Shown here piece after piece: positions 40,381-54,173 of a stretch of DNA of 64,000 nt (positions within the stretch are counted from its first letter, which is position 1; every line of letters begins with the position of its first letter). The notes beneath the pieces were generated by a model. It saw nothing but the letters and a program-made list of their open reading frames with translations. It had not been told where the DNA came from and did not search any database. The position numbers were made by a program, and so were the translations under genes. The stretch is from Octopus vulgaris. Lineage: Eukaryota. The stretch lies in contig OX597823.1 of assembly GCA_951406725.2 (NCBI GenBank), positions 57,908,001 through 57,972,000 on the forward strand. The letters run 5' to 3'.

Positions 40381-41476
40381 ACCAATAAAGATAGGCATTC
40401 CATCCTTGGATATCCTACCTTTGTTTCAGACAAAGAATATTGAGGTAACCATTATTGTATTCGTCTGAACGCTTAAAAGATGGTAGGGTGTGAGTTGAGA
40501 GTGATTTAACTAATGTTTCTAGAAGATCGAGGGATTCTTTAATATCCCGTGTTACGTTTGTACTAATTGTCCTGTGTCAGAAGCGGAATAAAATCTTCCA
40601 TGAGATTCTCAGGTCTTTCGAAATTATATTCAGGCCGCAGACATTATCAAAATATTTGTAACAAAATATGGGGCGACATTTCAGCTTTACTGACCAAAAG
40701 CAGAAACAATTCTCTTAAAAACCTTCCGTACCAGATTTCATTCTCAAAACTGAAGCCAACCCGGGTATGGAATTGAACCAAAATACACTTCATTGTGAAG
40801 TGGACATCTGAACCACAAAGCCATTACTGCCTCCATAAAATAATTAAAGAGAGAGAAGATTTTATGACAGCTCACAAAGAATGGCACTTTGGTTAGTTGC
40901 TCAATGTAAACGAGATTAAGTAAAGCTGACCAATAAAGATAGGCATTCCATCCTTGGATATCCTACCTTTGTTTCAGACAAAGAATATTGAGGTAACCAT
41001 TATTGTATTCGTCTGAACGCTTAAAAAATGGTAGAGTGTGAGTTGAGAGTGATTTAACTAATGTTTCTAGAAGGTCGAGGGATTCTTTATTATCCCGTGT
41101 TACGTTTGTACTAATTGTCCTGTGTCAGAAGCGGAATAAAATCTTCCATGAGATTCTCAGGTCTTTCAAAATTATATTCAGGCCTCAGACACTATCAAAA
41201 TATTTGTAACAAAATATGGGGCGACATTTCAGCTTTACTGACCAAAAGCAGAAACAATTCTCTTAAAAACCTTCCATACCAAATTTCTTTCTCAAAACTG
41301 AAGCCAACCCGGGTATGGAATTGAACCAAAATACACTTCATTGTGAAGTGGGCATCTGAACCACAAAGCCATTACTGCCTCCATAAAATATTTGAAGAGA
41401 GAGGAGATTTTATTACAGCTCACAAAGAATGGCACCTTGGTTAGTTACTCAATGTAAACGAGATTAAGTAAAGCTG
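40381..41476 (+). repeat. Tandem duplication, 2 x 548 bp (about 97% identical)
   Basis: 40381-40928 and 40929-41476 align without gaps; about 17 substitutions counted by eye. Duplicated ORFs at 40567 and 41115. Confidence 0.97.
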
Positions 41477-43273
41477 TCTGTAGCCCTTATTGACAACTGA
41501 AAACACACATCGAACTGCATATTTGAAACTGGGCATGGCACGTGCCAGTCTCACAAGTATGTGATTGTCTGTTAATATTTACTAAAATAAAACTGGAAAG
41601 TGAGTAAAAGTCCATGAGGTCAAAGTACTTCCTCTACTTATCATCTTGATTTGGTGAGCACTGTAGAAACAGACATCTGAACTCCTTACACTACAGCTCA
41701 CAATTCTATACAGCCAAGTTACGGTCTCTCATTTCAAATCCCAAGCCTTTTGTTAGGTCATCTGGATAGGAAAGATTATGACGCTTCCCGTCGGCCGCCC
41801 GAGGTCTCCGAAGGACAAATGGTGACGCTTGTTCATTTCTTTCGTTAAAGCGTTGAACGAAAAATTACTGTTTGTGATGGGTGGTGAGGTCCCATTAATT
41901 TCGTTAAGTGTTGGTTGTAATTTCCTCATGAGATTTTGTAAGTTCAAAATATATCTTGTGATGTTAAAATATTTTTAGAGACTCAACTATCCAGGTTTTT
42001 TCTGAACATCTCAAACTCTCGAAACATAAACAGTTATTGAGGTGATTATTATCAACGGCAGGAATAATGTAAAATCGACGAAGGTTTCTTTACGCGTAGT
42101 GTTAACTCCCGTTCTCAACCTTCAGCCATGTCGAAATGTGCTTGTGACACAGTCCTAAATATGAATGCAGCCCTGCACTATAGCATACTAAAATTATGTC
42201 TTTTTTTAGTGACGTAGATGGCTCTGAAAATATCTGCATGGATAAAATATTAAACTATTTACGTTTCACTGAATATCTCAGCTGAAGCATTTAACTTAGG
42301 GTCAAGGTAAGCTTTAATCTCGCGATACAGGAGTCATAAATTATCAGATGACAAAAGTTTTGGTGCTAAGGGGATTTTTCTTATGGATAACTGGTTTTAA
42401 TTTTGAGTAGTTTTAAATTTAAGAATTAATACTTTCGAGATACACATTTTTGTTCCCTAGCTCTATGTTTTATTTAAATAAATCCCACATTTGAAATACA
42501 GAATAGAAAAGTGTTAACGAATTGATCAAATGCGCTTTTGATTTATGTAAAGGTAAATACTTTCAAATCTCCTTACATTTTGAATGATAACCAAATAATT
42601 TTTAAAATTATTTTCATTCGCCAACAACTCTTTTCACTGAATGGATTGGCGATAAAATAGGCTCGGTGCCAAAACAGCCGCGTGAAATGGCTGGCGACGG
42701 TGACCCGTCATTCCATATTGCTGTATATCCAACTAAAACTTCTCGATATCTGACAGAAGACGTTACCAGATAATTATTAGTATTTCATCTAGGGTTAAGG
42801 AGAAATTTATTTAATTTGAGTAACTTAACTGCAAAAGAGCTTTGTGACTGAATTGAAGAAATTTATGAATCATGAAAAACATAGAAAAACCAACAACAGA
42901 CATATTCTAGATCGTATTGTGACAGCACGTGTCAAGCATTCGTATTCTTGGCAAACTATGAATTTTGGCGAAAGCAGTTTTTTATTGACAAAGAAAACTT
43001 TAATTTACTAAAAGTAAATATAGTTTCAAGTTATTTTTTCTAATTTTTATCCCCCCTTAGTAACATAAGGACCATCTCCGCAAGTGATGTTGTGAATCGA
43101 TGTTTTAGTATGATATTCAACATTCATTGCTGCACATATAGTGCTGGTGTTCACTACACTGGGTGCCGGGTATTGAAATTAAACCTTACGCGTCTTTGCA
43201 TAGACCCTACGGAAACTTTAACGAGTTCTGCTGATTAATTGGCCTACCATTAAAGAAGTGCTACGCTAAAACA

Positions 43274-43494
43274 TGCGAGGGGGTGCCGAAAAGTTTCTGG
43301 TTTTTGGTAAAAGAAAATGCAGGAGGATCAGTTAATAATGATTTTATTCATCGTATTTCCCTCTCAGATTTCCACATTTATTTCAGCAGTTCTTCAGTTA
43401 TTGTAAGCCCTGTAAAAGAATTAGGAAGGTTGCGCCTCCAACCAGGCTTTTCGCGACACCCTTAAAGCCAGGAACATTTTAGCACGCCTTCGTA
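43274..43494. mobile_element. Mariner-derived MITE
   Basis: TIRs CGAGGGGGTGCCGAAAAGTTTCTGG / CCAGGAACATTTTAGCACGCCTTCG|TA. Confidence 0.8.
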
Positions 43495-44334
43495 GTCAGA
43501 AAAAAAAACCTGGTCCAGAAGACAGAACTTTATCGTAGTTTACAGACAACCAAAAAGAGAACAGAAAAGTCTTATGTGAGATAACAAGGGATCCTCTAGG
43601 AAATCTAGGAAAGTGCTTATTCTTCTCGAAAAAAGCAGTCAATTTTTTTTTTTATCATACACTTGCCGCTTTACTAAAGATATGAACAGATTATATCATT
43701 TTCTACTAGATACATTCACTATAAAGAAAAAAAAAAGATAAAAACATGTTCATGGAGAGTAACCTGAAGCCAAACAACAACAATACTAACAACACTAAGC
43801 GATACTGTCTCCTGATGTGGTTATGTCAGACAAATATTAGGTATGATAACCTACAAGCAGAAATAACTTCGCTGTTTATAGAAGAACATAAACAACAGAG
43901 GCTAGTAATCAAATCTCTGTCGGGTAACCAGCATGACGCATTTTTATGTATTTATTTACCTTCGTATTCATTAAAACATTTATGGATTTCTGTATTGTTT
44001 ATTGCTTATCTAGTTATTTAAATATTTATGTATTTATTTTCAAAATAAAGTGAAAGAATTATTTGTATGAATGTCGACTAATTTTTCATTTCTTTTAGAC
44101 AAGGAAGGAAATGACTTGATGTTCAAACACATGAAATTTTAATAAGCGTTTAAGTTTGCAATTGTATTTTTATGCGTATATATATAAATAAATATAGGTA
44201 TATGTATGTATGAATGAACTTTCATACTATTGTATATATATATATATGGATACATCTGTGTGTGTGTGTTTGTGTTTGTATGAATGAACATTCATACGTA
44301 CACACACACAAAGGTATCCATATAAATACAATTA

Positions 44335-44432
<98 letters not shown>

Positions 44433-45046
44433 CCCATATGCACACGGGCATAAATATGTATACAACTGTCTTTATATTTATATGCTTCTGTGTGTGAGTG
44501 AGATGGAGTGTGTTGACAAACCTCGGGTGAACGAGACAGAAAAAAATACAAGTTAAAATCGTATGCATACATATATAAACGCACACATACGTAAGGATAT
44601 TATCCTAACATTTATTCATTATATATTCTTCTTTCAATGAACGAGCTGGTTTCTTACAAAACTACAAAACTCCATCCACGGAAGATAGATAACAACTGCG
44701 GTGAAAAGTTACATGTTCGACATTAGAAAGCTTTACATATTTCCGTTTTTCTGTTAGTAAACGAAATTTACGAAAGTGCGTTTACTGATACCTAGTGTGC
44801 TTAGAAAAGAAAATAAGAAAAAAGAAAAAAACTTGTTTGACATTTAAACAGTTACTAATATAAGACAAATGACCACCACTTTTAGGTACACATGTGAATA
44901 TATAATCTGCATAGTTAAACTGTAAATTTTCAAAGCAGTAATCCATAAATATTCTCTATCACACTGATTTTCGGAGAAATGTGTAGGGCAGCTGTCCTTT
45001 GCAGCTGTTGTGATACTAGCGCTTTGCCAATATTCATTGTGTCCAA

Positions 45047-45240
45047 GGCGGTGAGCTGGTCGAATCTTAAGCACGCCGCACAAAACGCTTAGCGGCATTT
45101 CTTCCCTCTTTACGTTCTAAGTTCGAATTGTGCCGAGGTCGATTTTACCTTTCATCCTTTAGGGTCGATAAAATAAATACCAATTGAGTACTGTGGGCAA
45201 TATAATCGACTCACCCCTCCCCGAAATTGCTGGCCAATAT
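45047..45240 (+). mobile_element. SINE family A
   Basis: GGCGGTGAGCTGG..GCACGCCG..TTACGTTCT.AGTTCGAAT..GAGGTCGA. Confidence 0.9.
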
Positions 45241-46459
45241 TCCTCGTGTTGGTAATTACGTTTGCATTCCACAACAGAGTGAGTTTTTGTATTTATCATG
45301 TCTCAGCTTTTCCAATGTATGATATTGTGGCATTGTGTATTGTTTTAGCAACAGCATTCCAATTTACAAGTTAATAACTTAATGTCATTTTTGGGCATTC
45401 GCACAACATTTTCCGTCTTGCTTTGGCTGTTTAAGGGCGCTTAAGATCGTTTAATACTGTTTTTGTTTGACATTAGCTTTCTTCGCTTAGTTTTTAAGAG
45501 TATCATTTTTTTAGATGTAGCGTAATGTCACTGTTACAAGCTCAACAGAAGCTACACATCCTGCTAATGTAAGCATCAACTACAAACTTAGGGAAGTCTA
45601 CACACAGCATCGCTTACATGTTATGCAGATCAGATTGTTTCAGCTACAGGTTCTTTGCTGAGGTACGCTAGTCCAGCAATTCTGCAGTCATATGAAACGT
45701 GTCGAGGAGTGTTCACTAAATGTTGAGCTTTGCACTTTTTAGTCCTTGATTGATGTATCTATATCTGCTGCTGTTATTTAGGAGGTGTTGTGTCTGGGAA
45801 ATGATCCTAAACTCAAAATCTATCTAAACAGATGTTAAGCACATTATCCACTATTTTCCTTAGTGACAAATATTGCCATTTCTACGATAGCTTCTACTTG
45901 AAGTCAAGATCTTGCAATCTTACGCATTTTCATATATACGGACCAGCCATGTAACCCAAATATTGGTAACGATTTTGATACCAATACCGGTATTATAAAT
46001 ACATAGGGATATATGTTAGAATATAAGTGGAAATCTCCGACTGCCTTATTTTTGAAAATCTAGTGTAATATTCTCTAGTCACTCTATCTCTTTGTTCACA
46101 GCACATTTAAATATTTTGGTCAATAGCTTCATATATATAGCACTTGTTGAAGGAACATGGGAGATACAAGAGCACTGATGCTAAGATTTTACGCATAGAA
46201 GCGAATTTCTCTCATACGACTACCAAGCATAAGCAATTCTTATGATCAAATTCCATCTCTATATCATCTGAATATGTTGCCAATAAATTCATGTGTTGTA
46301 ATTATTTACATTACTGAGTTTTTGACGGTCCATTAATAAATTATATGTTACATTGTATCAATTGCCGTCGAAGGCCCTAAAACAGAATCAAAGAATTTTT
46401 GTAAAAGAACCTTTTGGGGATTAGTGCCAAAATATACCGTACAGCATACACGCCTGTTA

Positions 46460-46657
46460 TTGGTTTCAAATTTTGGTACAACGCCAGTAGTTTCGCTGGA
46501 GGGTCTCAGTGAATTATATTAATACCAGTAGTCCACTGGTACTTCTTTCAACGACCCCGAAGCGATGAGAGGTCAATCTGGGCACAATTTGAACTCAGAG
46601 TGTAAAGACGGACGAAAAGCCGCCAAGCATGTTAACAATTCTGCCAGCTCGCCGCCT
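46460..46657 (-). mobile_element. SINE family A
   Basis: TTGGTTTCAAATTTTGG..TTTGAACTCAGAG..ATTCTGCCAGCTCGCCGCC. Confidence 0.85.
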
Positions 46658-46939
46658 TTCTTCACACATGCTTGACTTCTTTATACCATGAAAGAGCTGC
46701 TTTTTGAAATAGCAACAAAGCTCAATTACTTCCATGTAGATGACAAGAACGGTGTCATACGTTGATCTTTATAAAAGTCTTGCAAACTTTTACTGTTCTA
46801 CTTACAGAGTGTATTTGTAAAGTGCATGTACGCATAAGTGCGCGCTTGTATGCACTTATTTAGATATGTACGCATGTACGTATGCGTGTTGGGAATCACA
46901 CGCCGCACCCATTCAAGTGTGTATATATGCACATATGAT

Positions 46940-46975
<36 letters not shown>

Positions 46976-47544
46976 CGCCTGTATCTGTGTGAGCGCGTGT
47001 CTCAGATTATATGTAGGGAAAACAAATAAAATATAATTGCACTGCCTATTAAAATGAACGCATTTATAGAAACCATTTATATAGAACATTTATATCGAAC
47101 AAATTGCTGTGAGTAAACTAAAATGAAACATAACAAACAACAAAAGTAAATCGAAGTGTTAAAAAAAATACGGAGACAAATGTATGATCTGTAAACGAGA
47201 AAACAAACGAGAAATCGAATTGTAAAGAAACTAACCACGTCTGCAACATTATGATGATGAATACAATAAAAGTTTAGCAAAAAACAAAGGAGGAGTTGCA
47301 AGGAAAAAAAAATCTAAGCAATAAAGAAAACACACACTTGAAAAATAACTGAGGTAGTGTGGCTGAGGCAGAGAAAAAAAAATGATACCTACACACATTG
47401 TCATACGTACACATATATGCACACTAGCTCAGAGGTAAACTTACACATAAATAAACAGTCACATACATATGTATTTATGTGTACATACACATAAAACATA
47501 CATATATACACACATATACACACACATACATACACACGCACACA

Positions 47545-47588
<44 letters not shown>

Positions 47589-47671
47589 TAAACGTATATT
47601 CACAAACACATGCATATATATACTTAAACATAGACGCACACATTTATATATATATATATACATATATATAA

Positions 47672-47724
<53 letters not shown>

Positions 47725-48110
47725 TATATGAGTATAGAGGCGCACACACATTTAATTGTCACAGTTTACCACTTTAAATGTACTCTATACACGGTGTTGA
47801 GTATATTATTCATATAACTATATGTAGTAAGTATATATTTATGTGTGTACATACATATACACATACATACATACATGCATATATATATGCATACCTATAC
47901 ATACGACCACACATGTATACACACACCCACATATACACACATATACCCACGCATTAAGATGCTAGTGTGTCAATGTACGAGGAAGAAAATATTCAATAAT
48001 GGTACATAGTATATTCCTCGTATATGTATGAACATAGTAAGTATATGCATATATATGTCTGTGTGTGCGTATACATGTACGATATATATATACATACATT
48101 CCTATACAAG

Positions 48111-48169
<59 letters not shown>

Positions 48170-48863
48170 CACATACACACACATATATTATGTATATGCG
48201 TGTGTATGTGTGTACGTATGTATTTGATACAGCCAGTAATGTCAGCGTGGTTGGCAAAGAAAAGAGGAAAGCAATAAGAGATGTGTGAGTTGGATGGGAC
48301 TGATAATGGCATCATCGATATTAACGTCTGTATCAATATCTAAGTAGACTTTGATTAACCATTGATTTATTCCCTTACTCTCATAGTATTTCTTATCTCA
48401 TCTATTTTTTTTTTTCGTCGTCAAATAGATTGACTTTAGTAAAGATTTTCAAGACCCTATGCATGTACACCGTTTTACTAAAGGATTTCTTTTCTTTTTT
48501 TTTTACTCCGTATTTATAGAGGAGATTTTTATTTTCTGTTTTGTTTTTACAATACGTTCGATTCTTGGTACTAAATCTGCATTATTCACATACATCTTTG
48601 TTAATGCTATTATCGTCTCACAAATATTTGTTCGATATCCCGCATGAAACAGATGTATTTCTAGTTCTGACGCAGTGATCGACCATCATAAACTTGTCGT
48701 CTGGTATCTAGATTTTTCTACTAAACTAACCGCTGTTACTGAACCTCTTAAATGTACTTGAACGGCATAGCTTTTCACGTTCTTTTATCATTTGTTTCTA
48801 ACAAGCATTAATTTTTCTTTTTAGTCTATCTCTTCGACATGACTTTATATCTGTATGTACATA

Positions 48864-48922
<59 letters not shown>

Positions 48923-49021
48923 CTATATACGTATAATTGAGATTATGTTGAATTAGGTACTTAAATTGAAGCACCAAGTTAGTGCGGTATTATCCGTATA
49001 ACTCAAAGTAAGGTGAATAAA

Positions 49022-49602
49022 ATCAAAATAAGCGACAGGATATCAAGAGGTGATGCAGTACGACCGTTTCAAGCGACTCCATTTAATTGAACAATGCAAT
49101 CATTACATCAATTTAAATGCAGAGCTATACTCAGTCGCAGTAATAAATAAATAGAATTTATTAATCAGTTGGACACATTAATATAATTTTATTCAAATTC
49201 TCGAATAGAGCAAGAAGAGGGAGAAAGTCCATGTTGCTACTAATGTAATTTAGAATATACTCCACTTCTAAGAACTGTATGAAGTTTGCTAGGGTCATAG
49301 CTTGTAAATGATTGTGGTTCACTTTTAATTTATCAGTCTGTTTTTTATCAACTACCAAATCTAAGGCTAGAGGATAGTGTCTGTTTAGAATGGATAGACA
49401 GAGTGAGTCGACAGTTTATAGTTGGGTATGGTCAAACCTTCTTGCTCTATTAGAGAATTTGAGTAAAATTATATTAGTGTGTCCAGCTGATTAATAAATT
49501 CTATCTATCTATTTAAGCAGCTGAGGATAGCCCTGCATTTAAATTGATGTAATGATTCTGTCGTACAGCATCACCACTTGATATCCTGTGGCTTATTTTG
49601 AT
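49022..49602. mobile_element. Inverted pair of Penelope-like terminal repeats (arms 49022-49217 and 49438-49602), each with part of a hammerhead
   Basis: Arms align as reverse complements (e.g. ATAGAATTTATTAATCAG.TGGACACA.TAATATAATTTTA). Left arm (minus) keeps GAAA-CGGUCG-UA-CUGC; right arm keeps GCAG-CUGAGGA. Confidence 0.8.
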
Positions 49603-49677
49603 ATATACATACATGCATTTACACATGCACGTGTGTGTGTGTGTATGTGTGTGTGTGTGTGCGTGTGTGTGTGTGTG

Positions 49678-49790
49678 AAGGTGTATAGCTCAATGGGTAG
49701 AGAGACGGGTAGTGAGTTCGATTCCCGGACCGAAGCTGTGTTGTCTTCTTAAGCAAGACACATTATTTCACTTTGGTCCTATCTGTAAAT
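49678..49790 (+). mobile_element. SINE family D head (tRNA-like)
   Basis: TAGCTCAATGGGTAGAG (A box), GAGTTCGATTCCC (B box), GCAAGACACATTATTTCAC; related to the 59185-59511 copy. Confidence 0.65.
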
Positions 49791-49839
49791 AAAAGTAAAC
49801 ATATTATCTATGTATATTTTATACACTACGTATATACTT

Positions 49840-50053
49840 TTTTTTACTCTTTTATTTGTTTCAGTCATTTGACTGTGGCCATGCTGGAGCACCGCCTTTA
49901 GTCGAGTAAATCGACCCCAGGACTTATACTTTGTGAGCCTAGTACTTATTCTATCAGTTTCTTTTGCCGAACCGCTAAGTTACGGGGATGTAAACACACC
50001 AGCATTGGTTGTCAAGCGATGTTGGGGTGACAAACATAGACACACAAACATAT

Positions 50054-50122
<69 letters not shown>

Positions 50123-50215
50123 TATATACAACGTGCTTCTTTTCCGTCTACCTAATGCACTCACAAGGTTTTGGTTGGTAAGCAGGCTACTTACCATACA
50201 GCCACTCCTACGCCT
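49840..50215 (-). mobile_element. SINE family B with internal deletion
   Basis: TTGTTTCAGTCATTTGACTGTGGCCATGCTGGAGCACCGCC..CTACTTACCATACAGCCACTCCTACGCC. Confidence 0.92.
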
Positions 50216-52067
50216 ATACACATATAAATCTTTTTTCTAATCTTCTCTTCTGTATTACCTATCATCTTTGGTGCAAACTCGGCCGCATATTCAACCACTT
50301 CCTGAACGGAAACCAGATCTTCTATTTCTCTCCGATAAAACTACATTTTGTCAGTGCTGTGCAGATTATATTCTCTGAGCATTTACATACTTCCTTCTAT
50401 TCATCATTCTCTTCTTCTCACGTGGAGATCAGCAACAAATACTTCTACATACTTTGATTTAAAGTATCTCTCTATCTTTCTTCCGAATGTATCTACGTTT
50501 TCTACCATTTTCCGGATTCCTTTAATCACACGCGCGCACTCACGCAGACGTACACACAAAAATGTATATATATATATACAAAATTTTGAGGAATGACCAC
50601 TAAAGTGGACACCCTATATGCTAAACATAGACGTTATATCGCCATTACTACGAAGAATGTGTTCTCAAGAAAAAATCTCAGCTGAGATTTTTTTTTTGAG
50701 TTTTTAATCTTCGGATTTTTTAAATATGCTAAGCCACTAGTTTTAATTGGTTAACATCAATTTCTACCCTTATTATTTAATTTTATATATATATGACAGG
50801 CAAGTATCTTTCACTTTCAGTGGACCACTTACGAGTCTTTAGTCAGTTCGAGACTGAAGAAACTTGCTCAAGTTGTCATGCAATATGACTAAAACCAGGA
50901 CCATATGACTGGGATACAAACTGCGCACCACACGGCCGCACCAGCGTCTCTTGTCAGATAGACCAACCACTATTTTGTCTTGACTGTCCACCATACATTA
51001 ACGCATTTAAGCCGCTCGGGACTCTCTACCCCGATTCTATTTGACTTCAAATCAGCCGCTCATCTCAAATCTCTACTATGTCACTTCACTTCTGACCTAT
51101 CAGAAAAAGATGGGCGTCTGACTAAAATCGGCTTCTTAGCAATGTCCCTCCACATAACCTAATCGTTATATACATACTTTACAAAGTCACCCAAATTTTT
51201 CGTTCGTAATTCTGCTTCAACATGTCAGGAAAGAACAAAAATTACAACACTTCGAGAAAATGGCTTATACCTACAAATTGAACAGCTTCACTGACCGCTG
51301 CAAATCACGGAACAGTAAAGTTTCGGCAATACAATGATTAGTTTATTTTTAATTTTTTTTAATAATTTCCCTTCAGCAATGAAAATATAGTAAGTAGAGA
51401 TAAAACAGTTTTTCTATACTTCCCAGTTAAAGTGTTCAAAATGTATTCTTCTCTACTTGTTGGTCGGAGAACGAATAAAAAATAAAGAAAACCGTTGTCC
51501 AGGTTGCTTAAAAAAATTGCAAGCACTCACACTCGTATATAATGTGTTTGTCAACGTGAGAGCAAGACGCATAAGGCATAGTCATCAGTAGAAGCATGAG
51601 CCTGTGGTAAAGAAGTTCTTTTCGTATAGGGTTCAACCCCAGTTCGTGATACCCTAAGTAAGGGTCTTCTATCACATCCAGCCTTGAATAAGCTAAAATA
51701 CTATGAGTGAAATCACGTAGATGCAAAAATATGTTGATGCCATTCTGATCGAATATATTTGTTCTTGAATGGTAGATTTAATTTCTCACATTGTTTAACG
51801 CCACCATCTCTTCAACATGTGGGTTTTATGGGGCCCTATCTTTGGCAAAATTTTCGGCTACGAGGTCCTATTTGAACTAAAGAATCTGATGAGTCTTGAT
51901 TGTTTCCTCTCACTCTCTCTTTTTTTATTAATTGCAGAAGGTCACAAAACTGTTCAAGAAAGCTGCCCATCTTCTATAGGTTAAACCATGACAAAGAATA
52001 TAGGGAAACTGTTAAGTTATAAAACACTGAACAAATTGAAAGTGGTTTTAATATTATTTGTAATTAA

Positions 52068-52920
52068 GGCGGCGAGCTGGCAGAAACGTTAGCACGCCGG
52101 GCGAAATGCGTAGCCGTATTTCGTCTGCCGTTACATTCTGAGTTCAAATTCCGCCGAGGTCGATTTTGCCTTTCATCCTTTCGGGGTCAATTAAATAAGT
52201 ACCAGTTACGCACTGGGGTCAATATAATCGACTTAATCCGTTTATCTGCCCTTGTTTGTCCTCTCTGTGTTTAGCCCCATGTGGGTAGTAAAGAAATAGG
52301 TATTTCGTCTGTCTTTACGTTCTGAGTTTAAATTCCGCCGAGGTCGAATTTTCCTTTCATCTTTTCAGGGCCAATAAATTGAGTACCAATTACGCATTAG
52401 GATCGATCTAATTGTGTAGTCCCTCCCCAAAATTTTCGGGCCTTGTCCCTAGAGTAGAAAAGAATATTATTTATAATTAGGGCAGTGAGCTGGCTGAATC
52501 GCTGCCGCACCGGACAACAATCTTAACGGCATTTCTTCTTATTTTACGTTCCAAGTTTAAATACTACCGGGGTCAGCGTTGCTTTTTATATTTTCGGAGT
52601 CAATAAATAAGTACCAGTTGAATACTGGGGTCGATATAATCAAATTAACCCCGCCCCTGAAATTGCTGACCTTGTACAAGAATTTGAAATCTTGTTCTAG
52701 GGTGGTGAGCTACTAGGATCGTTACCTCACCGTAGAACATGCTTGACGGCATTTATTCCGACTTTACGTTCTGTGTTCTAATTCTGCCGAGGCCAACTCC
52801 GCGTTTCATCCTTTGAGGGACGGTCGATAAAATAAATACCAGTTAAAGCTGACGTAGATAAAATCGACCTACCACCCACCACTGCGAAATTGGTGGCCTT
52901 GTGCCAGAATTTGGAAATCG
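52068..52920 (+). mobile_element. Head-to-tail cluster of SINE family A copies (52068-52462 composite, 52480-52695, 52700-52920)
   Basis: Three GG(C/T)(G/A)G(C/T)GAGCT heads; the first copy carries a repeated internal block; 17-bp TSD-like repeat at 52050-52066 / 52463-52479. Confidence 0.92.
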
Positions 52921-53181
52921 ATATTGCTTGTAACTAAGTACTCACATTAAGAGTTTTCAAACAAGAAAATAAATATTTATCCAGTATTTCGGGAATATGT
53001 GTGATTCTATGGCGCTAATGCTTTCCCTAAAGATATGAAAGACATAGACTATATGTAATAAATGTGAGAAGAGAACAATAAAAAAGAATCAGGTCATGCA
53101 TATACATCTTAGAGAGCATTTCCTGGTTCTCAACTCGTCTGAAATCAATATTTTCAAAAATAGAAAAGAGAAGTGACATTC

Positions 53182-53182
<1 letters not shown>

Positions 53183-53246
<64 letters not shown>

Positions 53247-53257
53247 GATAATAATAA
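53183..53257 (+). repeat. (AAT)n microsatellite
   Basis: Direct reading; source of the poly-Ile/poly-Leu ORFs. Confidence 0.95.
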
Positions 53258-53482
53258 CAGCAACAACAACCATAATAATGTTAATGAGTAAGCAGTTTCT
53301 TTCATTCGAAAGATTACTGATGCAGCGAAATGTAATTTCATGAACGCAGTGCAAAGTAAATGCACTTAGTGGCACCTATATTAACATCCTGTGTTTCACT
53401 GAAAATACACATAGGAGGATAAGTATATACGTTATGTGTACACACACACGCACACACACAGAGGCACCCTTACACAAACAAA

Positions 53483-53602
<120 letters not shown>

Positions 53603-53797
53603 CATACATTCATGTATCTATGTATAGATGTCTATTTATATATTCATTTATATATGTACATGCATATATGTATGTCCGCATGTATATATGCATGCGTGCA
53701 TGTATGTATGTATGTTTGTATATACTCATATATACATACATAAAGACATACACTTATATGTAAGTATATTGGTTTGTTGATAAACATAATTATTTCA

Positions 53798-53853
53798 TCA
53801 GACCTAAAGGTTTCGTGCATCTAATTTTGAGGGTCATCATCACTCATCAGTGA
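53798..53853 (-). ncRNA. Type I hammerhead ribozyme motif
   Basis: Minus strand UCA-CUGAUGA-GUG[23 nt]CAC-GAAA-CC(UUUA)GG-UC-UGA: intact core, GUC triplet, short stems I-III; lies in a roughly 100-bp island between microsatellites. Confidence 0.8.
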
Positions 53854-53981
53854 GAGTTATATACATACATGCACACATACATGCATATACACGTATGTAT
53901 ATGTGTATGTATGTTTTTATGTATGCACGTAAGTACTTGTTATATTGTACGTAAGTATGTATTTAAGTATGTATGGATATA

Positions 53982-54083
<102 letters not shown>

Positions 54084-54138
54084 ATTAGATATACATGAAT
54101 GTGTATGTAAATGTTGCATATATTATTCTACCTCTATG

Positions 54139-54173
<35 letters not shown>

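Noticed and set aside
45300-46400. Possible ancient LINE on the minus strand (YSDDI motif)
   Set aside because: Only one motif recognisable; too weak to annotate.
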